From: an uncultured Clostridia bacterium
GTDB taxonomy: Bacteria; Bacillota; Clostridia; TANB77; CAG-508
Direction of reading: 5' to 3'
DNA: 64,000 nucleotides
Assembly: GCA_904381285.1 (NCBI GenBank)
Contig: CAJFII010000003.1
Coordinates: 78,292 to 142,291 of the forward strand
In this document: positions 34,744 through 43,798 of the stretch, piece by piece
Numbering within the stretch: position 1 is the stretch's first letter
Layout of the letters: every line of letters starts with the position of its first letter
The notes under the pieces: model-generated
What the model saw: the letters and a program-made list of their open reading frames with translations, nothing else
Databases searched by the model: none
Told to the model about the DNA's origin: nothing
Program-made: the position numbers and the translations under genes

Positions 34744-35115
34744 TTAAGAAATTTTTTTCTTTGAATAATATATAACTCTTTTCTTTCGTTGATGCTCTAA
34801 CCTACAATTTTTAGAAACATTATAGCCTACAGAATAACTGCTACTCTTCTTAGATAATAAATATTCATAAGTATGATACAATAAACAATTTCTTAAATCT
34901 TCTAAATCTGAGTCTTTATCTATTGCATAAACTTTATGAAAATTAAAAGCATATAACTCTAAAGCATCTAAAATTAAATCTAATTGACCTTCTAAAAGTT
35001 GTAAATGAATATCGTTAATAACATCAGTATTAAAAATATATATCCCCCCTATTCTCAAGTATAAACAAATTATACTACATTTATGTAAACACGTCAAATT
35101 TAATAAAAATGACAA
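34744..35115 (-). CDS. Prophage hypothetical protein (start uncertain)
   Basis: ORF track; AGGGGGG RBS near 35045 is followed only by ATA/ATT codons. Confidence 0.5.
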   Translation of the reverse strand: MSFLLNLTCLHKCSIICLYLRIGGIYIFNTDVINDIHLQLLEGQLDLILDALELYAFNFHKVYAIDKDSDLEDLRNCLLYHTYEYLLSKKSSSYSVGYNVSKNCRLEHQRKKRVIYYSKKKIS

Positions 35116-35172
35116 ATTTCGACATACAAAAAAATATTACAATGATATACTATTTAAAAGGGGGAAATAAAA

Positions 35173-35583
35173 ATGAATAAAAATATTATTAAAATTCTAT
35201 TAGTAATAATTTTAATAGCAATATTAGTATTGTTAATAAAAGCATTTACGCCAAAAAAAGAAACAGAAATAAAACAAACTGTTTCTAAAACTAGCTACAG
35301 TAACATTAAACAAGAAAATGAACAACAAAATACCGAGCCTAAAAAATTATATATTAAAGAACATAAAATGAGTAACAACTCTATAAGTGGAATTGTAAAA
35401 AATAATACTAATAATGTAATTAAAAACATTACAATAACAGCAGATTGCTACGATAAAGATAATAATAAAGTTGGAACAAGTATGGACATGATAAACGAAT
35501 TAAAACCTGGTGAGACATGGAAATTTAACATGTGGGCATATTCTACAGCAACTAAATACAGAAATATAAAATTAAAATATTAA
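35173..35583 (+). CDS. Membrane-anchored FxLYD-like domain protein (prophage cargo)
   Basis: TM anchor, then GIVKN...ADCYDKDNNKVG...LKPGETWKF. Confidence 0.7.
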   Translation: MNKNIIKILLVIILIAILVLLIKAFTPKKETEIKQTVSKTSYSNIKQENEQQNTEPKKLYIKEHKMSNNSISGIVKNNTNNVIKNITITADCYDKDNNKVGTSMDMINELKPGETWKFNMWAYSTATKYRNIKLKY

Positions 35584-35608
35584 GAAAGAGGCATATATCC
35601 TCTTTCTT

Positions 35609-36637
35609 TTATACTACTTCCCTACATTCAAATGGATTAAAATCAATTATATTACTTTCTAAATTCAATTTAAATCTTTGGCTTAAATCTATATTTACAG
35701 ATTTCAAATCTTTAATATTTTTATAAAATACGGTCTTTGAAGTTCTATTTTTTACATTTGTGACGCCATCAAGCATAATGCTACAATAAAAGTTATATAA
35801 ATTTCTTGCCCTTGTAGAAGAAAAACAAGTATTCAAACGTCTTTCAATATCATCTTTATTTCTAACTATAGTTAAATCGCTTTCAAACATCTTTAATAAT
35901 TTCATAAATTCATCACTCCAAACTTTTTTTAAATCTTCATATATTACATTTTTTACTCTAATATATTTTTTATTATAAATATCTTCTAATTTCTTTTTCT
36001 TTATTTCACATTCAAAACGTATAAAACCTTTAATTTCTTCTAAATAGCTATCTATATTAAAATTAGAATTAAATAATTTTTTAATATCATGTTTTCTAAA
36101 TTCTAACATTTTATTATATATTTTTAATGTTGTAGTTGTTCCAGAAGTATAAATACTCTCATCTTGATAATGTTTTATATTTCTTCTAGGATAATTACAA
36201 AAACTTAAATTATTAATATATTTTCTAACTTTATCATTAGAACCTAAATCAAATACAATAGCAATATCAATTCGCTGCAAAAACCAATGATTTAAATTAG
36301 GTAAATTAATATTATAAGAATATTCTACAGCACCAATAAGCCATTTCACAATTTTTGTTAAATTATAAAAGCCATTGTGAGAATTATACCCACGAATTAT
36401 TTTATGATAAGAACCTTCAATTTCTAAATAATACATATCAACAAACTTATATTTACTACCACAACCAACACGAACTGACAATGAAGAGCTATAAGACCCC
36501 TCTAATTTATCATTAACAATTTCATAATAGATTTCGCCGTCTTTTTGATTATAGCTTGTTTTTAATATAGAATTATGGTATATTTTGTCATATGTATTTT
36601 TATTTATCATAGTATATATTTTTATTGTATCTATCAT
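35609..36637 (-). CDS. Phage/plasmid rolling-circle replication initiator (gene II/X-like)
   Basis: MIDT start, EGSYHK...GYN, RIDIA, LKIYNK, IRFECE. Confidence 0.8.
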   Translation of the reverse strand: MIDTIKIYTMINKNTYDKIYHNSILKTSYNQKDGEIYYEIVNDKLEGSYSSSLSVRVGCGSKYKFVDMYYLEIEGSYHKIIRGYNSHNGFYNLTKIVKWLIGAVEYSYNINLPNLNHWFLQRIDIAIVFDLGSNDKVRKYINNLSFCNYPRRNIKHYQDESIYTSGTTTTLKIYNKMLEFRKHDIKKLFNSNFNIDSYLEEIKGFIRFECEIKKKKLEDIYNKKYIRVKNVIYEDLKKVWSDEFMKLLKMFESDLTIVRNKDDIERRLNTCFSSTRARNLYNFYCSIMLDGVTNVKNRTSKTVFYKNIKDLKSVNIDLSQRFKLNLESNIIDFNPFECREVV

Positions 36638-36661
36638 ATTAGTACCTCTTTTTTATAAAAT

Positions 36662-36706
36662 AGTCCCATTTTTGGGACTTTCGGAGGGTGTTACTAAGAA
36701 CCCTCC
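36662..36706. other. Putative double-strand origin (two hairpins upstream of rep)
   Basis: AGTCCCA-TTTT-TGGGACT and GGAGGGT-GTTACTAAGA-ACCCTCC. Confidence 0.55.
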
Positions 36707-36712
36707 TACTTT

Positions 36713-36979
36713 TCAACTATTTAACAATTTTATAAAATCATCAATTAAATCATTATTTTCATTATAGGGTATATTAAATTTATTATATAAATTTGAAAAT
36801 TTATCAGAAAGTTTTAATATTCTATTTATACCAGAATCAATAGTGTTAGAATAAGCATTTAATTCTAAAAGCTTAAATCTACTTTTACAATTATATAAAT
36901 AAATAATAGAAGTATCTAAACAATTTAATAATAACATAACTTCATCTTCTGATAAACTAATAGATTTTTTTTTAGACAT
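36713..36979 (-). CDS. Prophage hypothetical protein
   Basis: AAAGGAG RBS before ATG 36979. Confidence 0.6.
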   Translation of the reverse strand: MSKKKSISLSEDEVMLLLNCLDTSIIYLYNCKSRFKLLELNAYSNTIDSGINRILKLSDKFSNLYNKFNIPYNENNDLIDDFIKLLNS

Positions 36980-37112
36980 AATAACTCCTTTCACTCAAGC
37001 GCCGTGAAGGCTGTCAGCTCCCTACGGGCTCCACTCGCTACACTCGTTCCCCAAAATTTTTTGTAGACAATACTAAAGAAGTAAGGCAAAAAATTTATTA
37101 TTTAAGGAAAAA

Positions 37113-37340
37113 CTATTTACAACCAGAAGCGAAAAAGTACTTTAATAATAAATCATATAACTTACATAAACCTAAATATATTAAATAATATATTAAAATA
37201 CCTACCCAAAAATTAGGTATAGCACTAGAAATAACCCAGTACAAAAAAATTGAAAAAAGAACAACTATCATTATTTTATTTTCATTGTTATTTAAAAATT
37301 TTCTCCACTTTTCTTTATCTCTTAAATTTATTTTTCTCAT
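37113..37340 (-). CDS. Prophage small two-TM protein
   Basis: GGAGAGAGG RBS; two hydrophobic stretches. Confidence 0.6.
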   Translation of the reverse strand: MRKINLRDKEKWRKFLNNNENKIMIVVLFSIFLYWVISSAIPNFWVGILIYYLIYLGLCKLYDLLLKYFFASGCK

Positions 37341-37343
37341 ATA

Positions 37344-37520
37344 CTATAACCTCTCTCCTATATAAACTTTATTATTTTTAAAATCTTCTATTAATCCTAA
37401 AACAGAATTATAATCTTCTTCATTTGCATTATCTTGAGAATATAGCTTTTTTAATTCTATTAAACCAGAAATTACATAGCCACATTCAAAATCATTTAAC
37501 TCTTTAACTTTTATTCCCAT
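37344..37520 (-). CDS. Prophage 58-aa hypothetical protein, absent from the ORF track
   Basis: MGIKVKELNDFECGYVISGLIELKK...; ATG abuts the pI stop, AAAGGTGG RBS. Confidence 0.6.
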   Translation of the reverse strand: MGIKVKELNDFECGYVISGLIELKKLYSQDNANEEDYNSVLGLIEDFKNNKVYIGERL

Positions 37521-38399
37521 TTAAATACCACCTTTATATTTTGATATTAGATCAGATAATTTTTGTGTATCTGATTTTGAGACACTTAAGTCTTTCATAA
37601 TTTCCTCAGTATTATATTGCTTTCGTATATAATCATAAGCAATAAATACATCACGCTTTACAGTTCTTCTTTTGCGACTTCCTTTATCAAATTTTTCATC
37701 ATTTGCAATATATTCAGCTGTATTATAATATTTATTAACTACTAAACGTCCCATTAAAAAGCTTTTACATTCAATAACAAAATTAGTTTGTTCACGTAAT
37801 TTTTTATTAATACGTGTAAAAACTTGAGAACTTGAAACAATTTGCTTATGTAGTTTTCTTTGCTGTGAAATATAATCAAGTAAATTGTCTGGAGCATCTT
37901 CCCACTTTGTACTTTCAAATGTAAGATGTATCTCATCAAAGCCATAAATTACGCCATTATTTTTCTCATAAAAGAAAAATAATTCACTATCAATAACCTC
38001 AATCCAGACTTTACGATACCATTTTTTATACTTATAATATTCTTTTTCAGTAATCTCAACAATTTCTATATTATTAGTCTCTATTAAATCTCGCCAAGAA
38101 TTTATATGAGCATCTGCAACAGAACATTCAAAATTAGTTAATATTTTAACTTTAGGATACTTTTCACGCATTTTAATAAGATAATTTACAATAGATATAG
38201 TCTTACCACTACCACCTAAACCACAAAAAGCCCAGAAACCATAGCCACGAAAAACAGTTTTGTCCATGCGATAAATATCTCTAATAAATAAAGGAATAGC
38301 TTTAAAAAATTTAATTAAAAAATTGCTTAAATAAAAACCAGTTAATAAATTAACAATATTAAAAATCATAAATATAGCAAAAAAAATCCAAAAATACAT
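37521..38399 (-). CDS. Inovirus pI/Zot-like assembly ATPase
   Basis: N-terminal TM, Walker A GLGGSGKT, Walker B FDEIH, SQQRK, SSQ. Confidence 0.88.
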   Translation of the reverse strand: MYFWIFFAIFMIFNIVNLLTGFYLSNFLIKFFKAIPLFIRDIYRMDKTVFRGYGFWAFCGLGGSGKTISIVNYLIKMREKYPKVKILTNFECSVADAHINSWRDLIETNNIEIVEITEKEYYKYKKWYRKVWIEVIDSELFFFYEKNNGVIYGFDEIHLTFESTKWEDAPDNLLDYISQQRKLHKQIVSSSQVFTRINKKLREQTNFVIECKSFLMGRLVVNKYYNTAEYIANDEKFDKGSRKRRTVKRDVFIAYDYIRKQYNTEEIMKDLSVSKSDTQKLSDLISKYKGGI

Positions 38400-38455
38400 A
38401 TAATTTTCTCCTCATATTGATTGTCCACACGCGACATTATGTCGCGTGTGTGTGG

Positions 38456-38701
38456 CTATACATTAAGATGAACAGCACTAGCAACAATACTGAATAATCT
38501 AAATAATAAAGTAAATCCTATACACATAAAAATAGAGATAAATGCCTCACTAATTGGTAAATATATATTAAAGCCAAAAATAACCCTTAAAATCTGAGGC
38601 AAAGTAGTTATAAGCCATGCTGGAGTTTCTAAAACAGGTAACATAGAAACAATAAAAAAAAGTAAAGTATCAAAAACTTGCAGTAATAAATAAACTATCA
38701 T
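38456..38701 (-). CDS. pVI-like minor coat protein
   Basis: 81-aa hydrophobic ORF between the pIII-like and pI genes. Confidence 0.65.
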   Translation of the reverse strand: MIVYLLLQVFDTLLFFIVSMLPVLETPAWLITTLPQILRVIFGFNIYLPISEAFISIFMCIGFTLLFRLFSIVASAVHLNV

Positions 38702-40034
38702 TTATCAGTCCCCCCTTTAGAATTAATAGAACTATCAACAGAATTCATACCTTGTGTAGAACCATATTTAAGAACATATTTGACAATATAAACTAAAGCC
38801 ATAGCATAAACAACAAGCATTAATAAAGTACGTACACTCATTCTGTAAGGCTCATAAGCATTTAATACGTTAGTAAATTCATAATCATTTGTTTTAAAAT
38901 GTATAGACCCTAAATTAAACTCCCAACCAGAAATCTTAATATCAAGAAAATCCTCGTTAAATACTTCTTGCTTAACTTTTTCTACTTCATCAGAGAAAAA
39001 AGTTACAAAAGGTATATGATTTTTAAAAGTATTTCCTAAGTCTGTATAATCTTGTTTTATAGCTTCCCATTGCTCATCAGTTGGTACAACAATATGTATT
39101 AAAAAATCAAGGAAAGCATCAAAAAAATTAGTAAACCAATTCCAAATATAACCTATATTTTCAACCATGCCAGAAAAGAAATCACTAATATTAGTCCATA
39201 AATTACTAAAGAAATTTCCTATAGAACTTCCTAAATCAGAAAACCAATCACCAATATTAGAAAACCAATTAGATAAATTTGTACCTAAATTACTAAAAAA
39301 TTCACCTATAGAATTTACCAAATTAGAAAAACCCTCAGTAAGATTATTCCAAAAGCCATTAAAGAAATTACCTATAGATGTAGCCATTTCTTGGAGCTTA
39401 GTAGGTATACTAGACAAAGCGTTCCAAATATTATCAAACCAACTGGAATCAGGATGATAAGTATCTTCGTTATCACCGACGGTATTTCCTCCACCTGGGT
39501 TGGTCTCATCAGAGTCACCTGTGGAGGTCGAGGAAAAAAAAGAGTACCATCAGAATTATAAATTTCACCAGAAAAAACGGAATAGTGACGAGTTTCAAAA
39601 TCTTTATATATTCTAAACGAATCACTAGTAAGTTCATTTTGATAACATGTAGATATTCCATCTTGATTTCCATCACGTCCGCCCCAGATATAATGTTGAA
39701 CTGGATTATCTAGTAAATCAAAAAAGTTAACTTCATAATACGTATCGGTTTCATTCACAATAGTAAGTCTAGCACTATCTGAAGATGTATAATGTAAAAC
39801 TGTCCAATCAATCCAGTTATTAAGAGTATCAGTATAATAAGTTTTAGGGCTTTTACCTTCTTCTATTCCTAAAAGATTTCCAAAATTATAAGTCATTGGG
39901 AGCCAAGATTGAGTAGAATTATTATAATAATCTGATGTTATACTAAAAGCACTAACACAAGAGCTAAAAAGACAGATACTTACAAAAGCAAAAATACAAA
40001 TAAATAACTTACTTTTAGAAAAAATTTTAAACAT
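38698..40034 (-). CDS. pIII-like adsorption protein, 445 aa via a -1 shift at the T8 run (39534-39541)
   Basis: Signal peptide; -1 frame open from the slippery run through an S/G/D linker into W/F amphipathic repeats and a C-terminal TM. Confidence 0.7.
39372..40034 (-). CDS. Unshifted 220-aa product ending in a major-coat-like tail
   Basis: C-terminus VEEIPSVITKILIILIPVGLIIFGTLCLVYLL aligns without gaps to the 53-aa coat protein. Confidence 0.7.
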   Translation of the reverse strand: MFKIFSKSKLFICIFAFVSICLFSSCVSAFSITSDYYNNSTQSWLPMTYNFGNLLGIEEGKSPKTYYTDTLNNWIDWTVLHYTSSDSARLTIVNETDTYYEVNFFDLLDNPVQHYIWGGRDGNQDGISTCYQNELTSDSFRIYKDFETRHYSVFSGEIYNSDGTLFFPRPPQVTLMRPTQVEEIPSVITKILIILIPVGLIIFGTLCLVYLLSSKKWLHL

Positions 40035-40115
40035 ATAATTCTCCTTTCTTAAAAAAATAAAAGACCAGGGACTACGAAAAAATCCCTAGCCCGAAAATTG
40101 GACTATACCTCTTAA

Positions 40116-40277
40116 TTATAAGAATGTATATATAACTCTCTTTATTAAGCTAATACCAATAAAAGTAGCCATAATTCCTATACCTATAGGAATAAGAACA
40201 TTTAAGCCACTGTTAATAGCATTTGTTACAGGGGAAACAGTATTAGCAGTAATTTCAAAAGCACCTACAGTATTCAT
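40116..40277 (-). CDS. Major coat protein (pVIII-like), 53 aa, absent from the ORF track
   Basis: AAAGGAG RBS; MNTVGAFEITANTVSPVTNAINSGLNVLIPIGIGIMATFIGISLIKRVIYTFL (amphipathic, TM, basic tail). Confidence 0.8.
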   Translation of the reverse strand: MNTVGAFEITANTVSPVTNAINSGLNVLIPIGIGIMATFIGISLIKRVIYTFL

Positions 40278-40379
40278 AGTAGACTCCTTTCTGAAAACTT
40301 AATTAAGTTTTCAAATAAAATACCAATCTTATAGACATCTATTTAATTGGGGGAATTTTACATCAAAAGATGTAAAAAA

Positions 40380-40547
40380 TTAAAAGCTTATAAAATTAGA
40401 TATAGATTTATATAATAAGTAACAAACAAATACTGCAATAATTCCACCTAAAAAATAAAGTATTGCAGTAGTAGAAACATTTAAAGAAGTTTCTATATTT
40501 GTTACTTTATCAGCTATAGTGTTCAATAGAATAATTTCATTATTCAC
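40380..40547 (-). CDS. pVII/pIX-like minor coat protein, 55 aa, absent from the ORF track
   Basis: GTG start overlapping the upstream stop; single C-terminal TM. Confidence 0.55.
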   Translation of the reverse strand: MNNEIILLNTIADKVTNIETSLNVSTTAILYFLGGIIAVFVCYLLYKSISNFISF

Positions 40548-40809
40548 TAATATCGACCAACCTTACATTCCATGTATTATTAGTATAAAGTAATTTAAAA
40601 GATACATTTAATAATTGTAAACCTACAAAATTAGAAGTTAATATCTTTTTCATTACTTCTTTATCAAATACAAAAAATCTACAAGGATTATTATTTTTAT
40701 CTAATAAATTTAAAATAATAAAATTTCTTTCATCTTCTGGTAATTCATTAGCATTTTTCTTTTTCATAAGTTCTAAATTCAAATACTTAAATTCTTCAAT
40801 AAAATCCAT
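40540..40809 (-). CDS. Putative ssDNA-binding protein (pV position)
   Basis: 89-aa soluble beta-rich ORF just before the coat genes; positional inference. Confidence 0.5.
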   Translation of the reverse strand: MDFIEEFKYLNLELMKKKNANELPEDERNFIILNLLDKNNNPCRFFVFDKEVMKKILTSNFVGLQLLNVSFKLLYTNNTWNVRLVDISE

Positions 40810-40894
40810 ATTAAAAACTCCTAACTATATAAAATTTAAATAAAAAAATAAGCCGAGTTAATCGACTTAAATATTACAACAATGAACAAAATAT

Positions 40895-40996
40895 CTTTCC
40901 TTTTGCGCAATGTTATATTTTTATTTTTTAGGGATTTATTTTCCCCTATCGATTTACTTGACTTATTATAAACATATAAATTTTTAAATGTCAATA
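40895..40996. repeat. Right 102-bp direct repeat (attR side)
   Basis: Begins CTTTCC-TTTTGCGCAAT; preceding arm is degenerate (GAACAAAATAT). Confidence 0.9.
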
Positions 40997-41047
40997 ACAA
41001 AAAAGACGTAGATCATTTTACCTACATCTTATATATTTTCAAATTTA

Positions 41048-42370
41048 CTATTTATATTGTTTTAAAAAGATTTCCATTTTTTCTAAAAATTCTTTATTTG
41101 TTTTTGTTGCAACTAATTGATTTAGTAATTGTTCTGTAACTTCAGCTACTGACATATTTGACATCGCTTTTCTTAATGCAAATACAGTTTCTAATTCCTT
41201 TTCATCTAGAAGTAAATCCTCTCTTCTTGTTCCAGATTTATTAATATCTATTGCTGGGAAAATACGTTTTTCAGATAATTTTCTATCTAAATGAACTTCC
41301 ATATTACCCGTTCCTTTGAATTCTTCGAAAATCACTTCATCCATTCTACTTCCTGTTTCAACTAAAGCTGATGCAAGTATAGTTAAACTTCCTCCATCCT
41401 CTATATTTCTTGCTGCACCAAAAAACTTTTTAGGTTTATGTAAAGCACTTGGATCAAAACCTCCAGATAAAGTTTTTCCAGATGAAGGAATTACTAAATT
41501 ATATGCTCTTGCTAATCTTGTAATACTATCTAATAAGATAACAACATCTTTTTTTTGTTCTGTAAGCCTTTTTGCTCTTTCTAACACCATTTCAGCTACT
41601 TTTACATGGTGTTCTGGTAATTCATCAAATGTTGAATATATTACTTCACCTTTTATAGAACGTTTCATGTCTGTAACTTCTTCTGGCCTTTCATCAATTA
41701 ATAGTACAATTAGTTCAACTTCTGGATTATTTGTACTTATACTATTTGCAATTTTCTTTAAAAGAGTAGTTTTTCCAACTTTTGGAGGAGCAACAATCAT
41801 ACCTCTTTGCCCTTTTCCAATAGGTGAAATTAAATCTATTAATCTCATTGCATATTCATTAGGTGTAGTTTCTAATCTTAATCTTTCTTGTGGATAAATT
41901 GGTGTTAAATCATCAAAGTTTTTTCTTTTATATGCTTTTTCTGGTGCTTCACCATTTACTTCTCCAACAAATATTAAAGCAGGAAATTTTTCTCCTTCTT
42001 TTGGTTGTCTAGATATACCTTTTATTTTGTCACCTGTATCTAATTTAAATCTCCTTATTTGGACTGGTGAGATATAGATGTCATTTGGTGTAGATAAATA
42101 ATTCTCTCCTCTTAAAAAACCATAACCATCTGGTAAAACTTCTAATATTCCTTCTACTATTTGATCATCTTCATTAGTAACTTTATAAGTATCGTTTAAA
42201 TGATTTGATTCTTTTTCAGAAGTGTTTTCATCTTTATCTTTATTTAAATTTTCATCTAAATTTTGTAATGCTATAATTAATTCATCTTTTTTTAATTTAG
42301 AAACATTTTTAATTTCTTTTTCTTTTGCTAACTGCCTTAATTCTGCTAAAGATTTTTCTTCGTACCCCAT
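41048..42370 (-). CDS. rho: Transcription termination factor Rho
   Basis: [36 protein letters not shown]. Confidence 0.97.
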   Translation of the reverse strand: MGYEEKSLAELRQLAKEKEIKNVSKLKKDELIIALQNLDENLNKDKDENTSEKESNHLNDTYKVTNEDDQIVEGILEVLPDGYGFLRGENYLSTPNDIYISPVQIRRFKLDTGDKIKGISRQPKEGEKFPALIFVGEVNGEAPEKAYKRKNFDDLTPIYPQERLRLETTPNEYAMRLIDLISPIGKGQRGMIVAPPKVGKTTLLKKIANSISTNNPEVELIVLLIDERPEEVTDMKRSIKGEVIYSTFDELPEHHVKVAEMVLERAKRLTEQKKDVVILLDSITRLARAYNLVIPSSGKTLSGGFDPSALHKPKKFFGAARNIEDGGSLTILASALVETGSRMDEVIFEEFKGTGNMEVHLDRKLSEKRIFPAIDINKSGTRREDLLLDEKELETVFALRKAMSNMSVAEVTEQLLNQLVATKTNKEFLEKMEIFLKQYK

Positions 42371-42481
42371 ATGTACCTCCATACTATTAAAACTTTCCCT
42401 TATGTATAATATTGTATCATATAAATCTCTTAAACTCTAGTGCTTAAATGAAAATAATCTATAAAACATAAGTTCTACAGA

Positions 42482-42754
42482 TTACTTTTTTATATCTATA
42501 TATACTTTTTCATTTGGCAAATACATATCTAATTTTTCACGTGCCAATTCTTCAATATATTCTGGAGAAGATATATTTTCCTTTGTTGCAAGTAACGTTT
42601 GATTATATTCTTCTTGTTCTTGTATTTTTTCCTTTAAATTAGCTTGTTGATTGTTATAAGCATTAATTGCTTTTTGTTGATTTATAAAAGTTATTGAAAC
42701 ATACAATATAACAATTACAAGAAAAAATTTTTTAATTAATTTATTTATTTTCAT
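42482..42754 (-). CDS. divIC: Septum formation initiator DivIC/FtsB
   Basis: TM, coiled coil, YIEELAREKL...PNE; yabP-yabQ-divIC synteny. Confidence 0.85.
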   Translation of the reverse strand: MKINKLIKKFFLVIVILYVSITFINQQKAINAYNNQQANLKEKIQEQEEYNQTLLATKENISSPEYIEELAREKLDMYLPNEKVYIDIKK

Positions 42755-42850
42755 AAGTATATTACACTCCAATTTATCTTTAAAATGTTAAAATTTCCTA
42801 CGGAAACTTACTATATATATATTTCTACATATATGTCAAAAATCCTTCAT

Positions 42851-43330
42851 TTAGTTTTCATTTTTTGTAGTTTTTTGTGATTTTTTTATAAAATCTAATA
42901 AATTTCCCTTATTTTTTGTAAAAATTTTTCTCATATTTATAATTATAAACGAAATTGGTCGAAATAATATCTTTTTTATTATATTAATCAATAACTTAAT
43001 TGGATATGTTATAATTTTTATTATATTTTTAATAGTGGAAATTATAATTATACTTACTTTCATGAAATATTTACTAATTGTTAAAATATAAATTGAAATT
43101 CCAAGTATAATCCCTAGAAATATAAAAAAGCGTATTTCACCATTGTTATAACAAAAAATAAAATATAGTGTTAGAACTCCTGCTCCAATCCAAAACATGA
43201 TATCTTCTATGTATGTAATAATATCTGAAGTTTTAAATGATTTTCGTAATACTCTAAAAATGTCAAATAGAATACCTATTAAGATGCCATTAATTACAAA
43301 AATTACAAATAAAAAAGCCTGATTATTCAA
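42851..43330 (-). CDS. yabQ: Spore cortex protein YabQ
   Basis: GILFDIFR, EDIMFW, NNGEIR; synteny. Confidence 0.85.
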   Translation of the reverse strand: MNNQAFLFVIFVINGILIGILFDIFRVLRKSFKTSDIITYIEDIMFWIGAGVLTLYFIFCYNNGEIRFFIFLGIILGISIYILTISKYFMKVSIIIISTIKNIIKIITYPIKLLINIIKKILFRPISFIIINMRKIFTKNKGNLLDFIKKSQKTTKNEN

Positions 43331-43347
43331 TGCGCAACACCTATTTT

Positions 43348-43644
43348 CTATTTAAAAATTTTTCCTAGAATACTTCCACCCTTTTTTTCCATTTCTTTTT
43401 CACTATAATTCATGCTAAATATATCACCTTCAACCACAACTTCTGAAGTATCTATACTTAGTTTATTTATTCTTAAATCCTCACCTTTTATAGTTAATAA
43501 CCCTAATTCAGTTTCTATAATTACTACTTGGTCATCAAAACTTAATACATCTAATACACCTGATACAGATAATTTTTCTCTGTTTTCTAATACTAAATTT
43601 TGAATAACATTATTAGAAATACTTTTTCTTTCTTCTGAAACCAT
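43348..43644 (-). CDS. yabP: Sporulation protein YabP
   Basis: LENREKLSVSGV.DV.SFD, ET.LG.L.IKG. Confidence 0.9.
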   Translation of the reverse strand: MVSEERKSISNNVIQNLVLENREKLSVSGVLDVLSFDDQVVIIETELGLLTIKGEDLRINKLSIDTSEVVVEGDIFSMNYSEKEMEKKGGSILGKIFK

Positions 43645-43798
43645 TTAATTCAACTCCTATCTAACTTTTCGGTCTAAAGTATATATATTCATAACTTGCC
43701 CAACTTAGAACTTTATATAAATTAAATTTACAAAAAAGACACAAAAAAAGAACTATTTAGTACATTAAACTAAATAGTTCTTTAATAATAATTTTATA

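Larger units (their letters stand above)
34639..40996 (-). mobile_element. Filamentous (inovirus-like) prophage without integrase, unit length 6,256 bp
   Basis: Zot/pI ATPase, small TM coat proteins, pIII-like gene, rolling-circle Rep, 102-bp terminal direct repeats. Confidence 0.9.
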
